This document shows positions 61,066-64,000 of a DNA stretch of 64,000 nucleotides, piece after piece. The notes beneath the pieces are model-generated. The model had not been told where the DNA came from, searched no databases, and saw only the letters and a list, made by a program, of their open reading frames with translations. Every line of letters starts with the position of its first letter. The first letter of the stretch is position 1. The position numbers and the translations under genes are program-made. The stretch spans positions 7,874,001 through 7,938,000 of the forward strand of contig NC_090338.1 of assembly GCF_035084215.1 (NCBI RefSeq), written 5' to 3'. The DNA comes from Heptranchias perlo (Eukaryota).

Positions 61066-62519
61066 GCTCACTCCTCATACCTTTGTAGTTTCCTTTGTTT
61101 AGATTTAGGACCCTAGTTTCGGATTGGACTACTTCACTTTCCATCTTATTGAAGAATTCTGTTATGTTCTGGTCACTCTTTCCTAAAGGACCCCGCACAA
61201 CAAGATTATTAATTAACCCTTCCCATTGCACAATACCCAATCTGGGATAGCCTGTTCCCTGGTTGGCTCCTCAATGTACTGGTCTAAAAAAACCATCTCA
61301 TACACATTCCAGGTATTCATCCTCCACAGTATTATTGCTAATTTGGTTTGGCCAGTCTATATCAGATTAAAGTCACCCATGATTACTGTAGTACCCTTGT
61401 TTCATGCATCTCTAATTTCCTGTTTGATCCCATCCCCTACATTACCATTACTGTTGGAGGCCTATCGACAACTCCCACCAATGTTTTCTGCCCCTTGGTG
61501 CTTCTTAACTCCACCCAGACTGATTCTAAATCTTGATTTTCTGAGCCAATATCCGTTCTCGCTATTGCTCTGATTTCATCCTTTACTAACAACACCACCC
61601 CACCTCCTTTTCCTTTTTGCCTGTCCTTCCTAAATATCGAATACCCTTGGATATTCAGCTCCCAGCCTTGGTCACCCTGCAGCCATGTCTCTGTAATTGC
61701 TATTGTATCATATCTGTTTACATCTCTTTGCACTGTTAATTCATCTACCTTATTACGAATGCTTCATGCATTCAGATTCAGTGCCTTTAGATATGTATTT
61801 TTAACATTTTTAGACATCTTAATATTTTTTTGTACTGTGGCCGGATTTGTCTTATTACCTTCTTTTTTCTTACCCGGACCCTATTTGTTGTCTTTTGTTT
61901 GTGCACCCTGTCCCTTCCTGACACAATCTGGTTATCCTTACCCCAATCACTTTCCTGCACTGCTTCTTTGTCTTTTCTCTTTACCATCTAGATTTCTTTC
62001 CACCGGGATCCCCCCCACTTAATTAGTTTAAAGCCCTATCTACCTCCCTAGCTATTCGATTCGCTAGAACTCTAGTCCCAGCATGGTTCAGGTGTAGTCC
62101 GTCCCAACGAAACAGCTCTCTCTTTCCCCAGTACTGGTTCCAGTGCCCCATGAATCGAAACCCACTTCTCTCACACCAATCTTTGAGCCACACATTCATC
62201 TCCCTGATCCTATTGACCCTATGCCAATTTGCTCGTGGCTCAGGTAATAATCCAGAGATTATTACCTTTGTGGTTCTGCTTTTTTAATTTCGTCCCTTGC
62301 TGCTCAAACTCTCCCAGCAGAACCTTTTTCTTAGTCCTACCTATGTCGTTGGTACCTACATGGACCACGACAACTGGATCCTTCCCCTCCCACTCTAATT
62401 TCTTATCTAACAATCTCCTGCTTTTTGTTAATTTACCATTTTGTGATTTCAGCCTGTTATTTGGTTGTGCTTTTCACATGCCTTTTTCTGATTCTATTAT
62501 CTCTTGTTTTCATTCAGTG

Positions 62520-62648
62520 TTCAGTTCTGAAGGACACTGCCTGAAACACGAACCTGCCTTTTTTCTCTCTGCAGGTATTGAGTGACCTGCTGTGTGTTTG
62601 CATCATTTTCTGTCTTTGATTCAGATTTCCAGCATTTGCAGTTTTTAA
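62520..62648 (+). mobile_element. Penelope-like pLTR remnant
   Basis: TCAGTTCTGAAGG..CCTGAAAC...GACCTGCTG..CATTTTCTG..TCAGATTTCCAGCAT, matching 23650-23790. Confidence 0.55.
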
Positions 62649-62814
62649 AAAAACGATCTTGTTTAAAACCCCTCACCCTTCTCTTCTCATCTACCCCCTC
62701 CGTTTAATGCTTGTAATCACTTCTGTGCTCACTCTCTTTCTTTCTTTGAAAATTCCTTGCTTTCCTTATTTCTAAATTCTTAAGGTTTTTAAAACTTACG
62801 CTGAGTGTCACTTA

Positions 62815-63118
62815 TAGAATCATAGAATCATAGAACGATGCAGCACAGAAGGAGGCCATTTGGCCCATCGTGCCTGTGCCGGCTCTTTGAAAGATCTATC
62901 CAATTAGTCCCACTCCCCTGCTCTTTCCCCGCACCCTGCAAATTTTTCCTCTTAATGTATTTATCCAATTCTCTTTGAAAGTTTCAATTGAATCTGCTTC
63001 CACCACCCTCTCAGAGAGTGCATTCCAGATCATAACAACTCGCTGCGCAAAAAATATTGACCTCATCTCCCCCCTGCTTCTTTTGCCAATTACCTTAAAT
63101 CTGTGTCCTCTGGTTACA
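62815..63118 (-). mobile_element. CR1 3' fragment
   Basis: (ATAGAATC)n tail; same subfamily as 22990-23436 and 43185-43530. Confidence 0.8.
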
Positions 63119-64000
63119 CTAATAATAATTAATAAGTAATTATCACTAATTGTTGATTTATATTGTCTCCTATTCTACTTTTTTCAACTTTACTGGTATC
63201 TGTGGCCTTTTTGTAAAAAAAATCAATAAAGTATCCCGATGCTGAGACTGTTTAAATGAAGTGCCTTTATATATGCGCAGCAATCATACTACAGTCCTCA
63301 TACAGAGGAAGGCTGTGGCGTATATTGTAAATAAAGATTTATTGATAAGTATTCGAGCTATACTTCACATGACATTCTTTTATAAGAATGTATTATGATC
63401 ATTTCTGCTTTGGGTTCTGTCTTGCCCGATTGTGAGTGTGCATATATGGTGCTCATTTTATTGTAAATTTTCAGCAGTGATGGTGGATGAAATCTTGACA
63501 CTAATATTGGCACTCCAAAGAAAATATTTGGGAATATCTTTAGATGAAAATATCATAGAGGATGATGATGCAGGAGTTGACTCTAGCTTCAAGAAATTGC
63601 TTGCCAGTTTGAAAACCCTGTAGAAATAAAGGTGAAAATTAGTTTGTGTATTAATATAAAAAAAAATCCTCCCAGCAGGTTCACTGAGCGTGTTAGAGAT
63701 ACCACAACTAATGTGAAAGGGTAATAAAGATGGTAGTGATGTGAAACCTGAAGGTATCTGACATTGTGAGATTAATACTGTAAGGGTATTAATGGATTAC
63801 TGGGAAATATATTAAGTCACAATTACATTGGGGACCAAGTATTTTCCATTTTAATTTTTATGGTTCTGCCCCTTCAAAAATATTCTAGTGCCCTTCGTGT
63901 CCCATTTGATTGGTATTCTGTTTATCGGGATGTGAGTGTCAATGCTGTCTGCGGAGGGGAAATGTTTGCAAGACTCAATTTCAAAAGACACGGGGGGAGA

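Larger units (their letters stand above)
54761..62402 (-). mobile_element. Long canonical CR1 (ORF1 esterase end, ORF2 EN/RT, 3'UTR) in two parts, 54761-56933 and 61066-62402, hosting nested insertions
   Basis: ORF1-like DPVVVVHVGTNDIG (~62340-62380) ending ..RALN* (~62022). EN motif IAITETW..GYSIFRKDR. RT motifs YLDFQKAFDKVP and KFLDDTKLGG. ACATAGAA tail at 54761. Confidence 0.88.

Noticed and set aside
27534-64000. Pcdh constant exons
   Set aside because: No PNxDWR-like or other constant-domain peptide was spotted. Small or divergent exons could be missed by eye.

Overview
Vertebrate genomic DNA, almost certainly from a cartilaginous fish (shark). This is inferred from the repeat families I recognise and from the protocadherin type. 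The window holds one host coding exon: a large CpG-rich protocadherin 'variable' exon (ATG 24981, splice donor at 27497/27498; signal peptide, 6 cadherin repeats, TM, cytoplasmic segment). No other variable or constant exon was recognised. Much of the rest is nested transposon debris: canonical CR1 LINEs, L2 LINEs, L1/Tx1 remnants, Deu-domain tRNA SINEs, Penelope-like pLTR fragments with hammerhead-ribozyme cores, Harbinger remnants and MITEs. The most notable observation is a ~3.2 kb CR1-group LINE family with no ORF1. It starts with a tRNA-like head carrying Pol III A/B boxes, its sense strand is almost free of TTTT (Pol III terminators), and a short internally deleted SINE derivative sits in the same window. 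Together these suggest an autonomous, Pol III-transcribed LINE. Repeat boundaries were read by eye and are approximate; family names are recollection-based and were not checked against a database.
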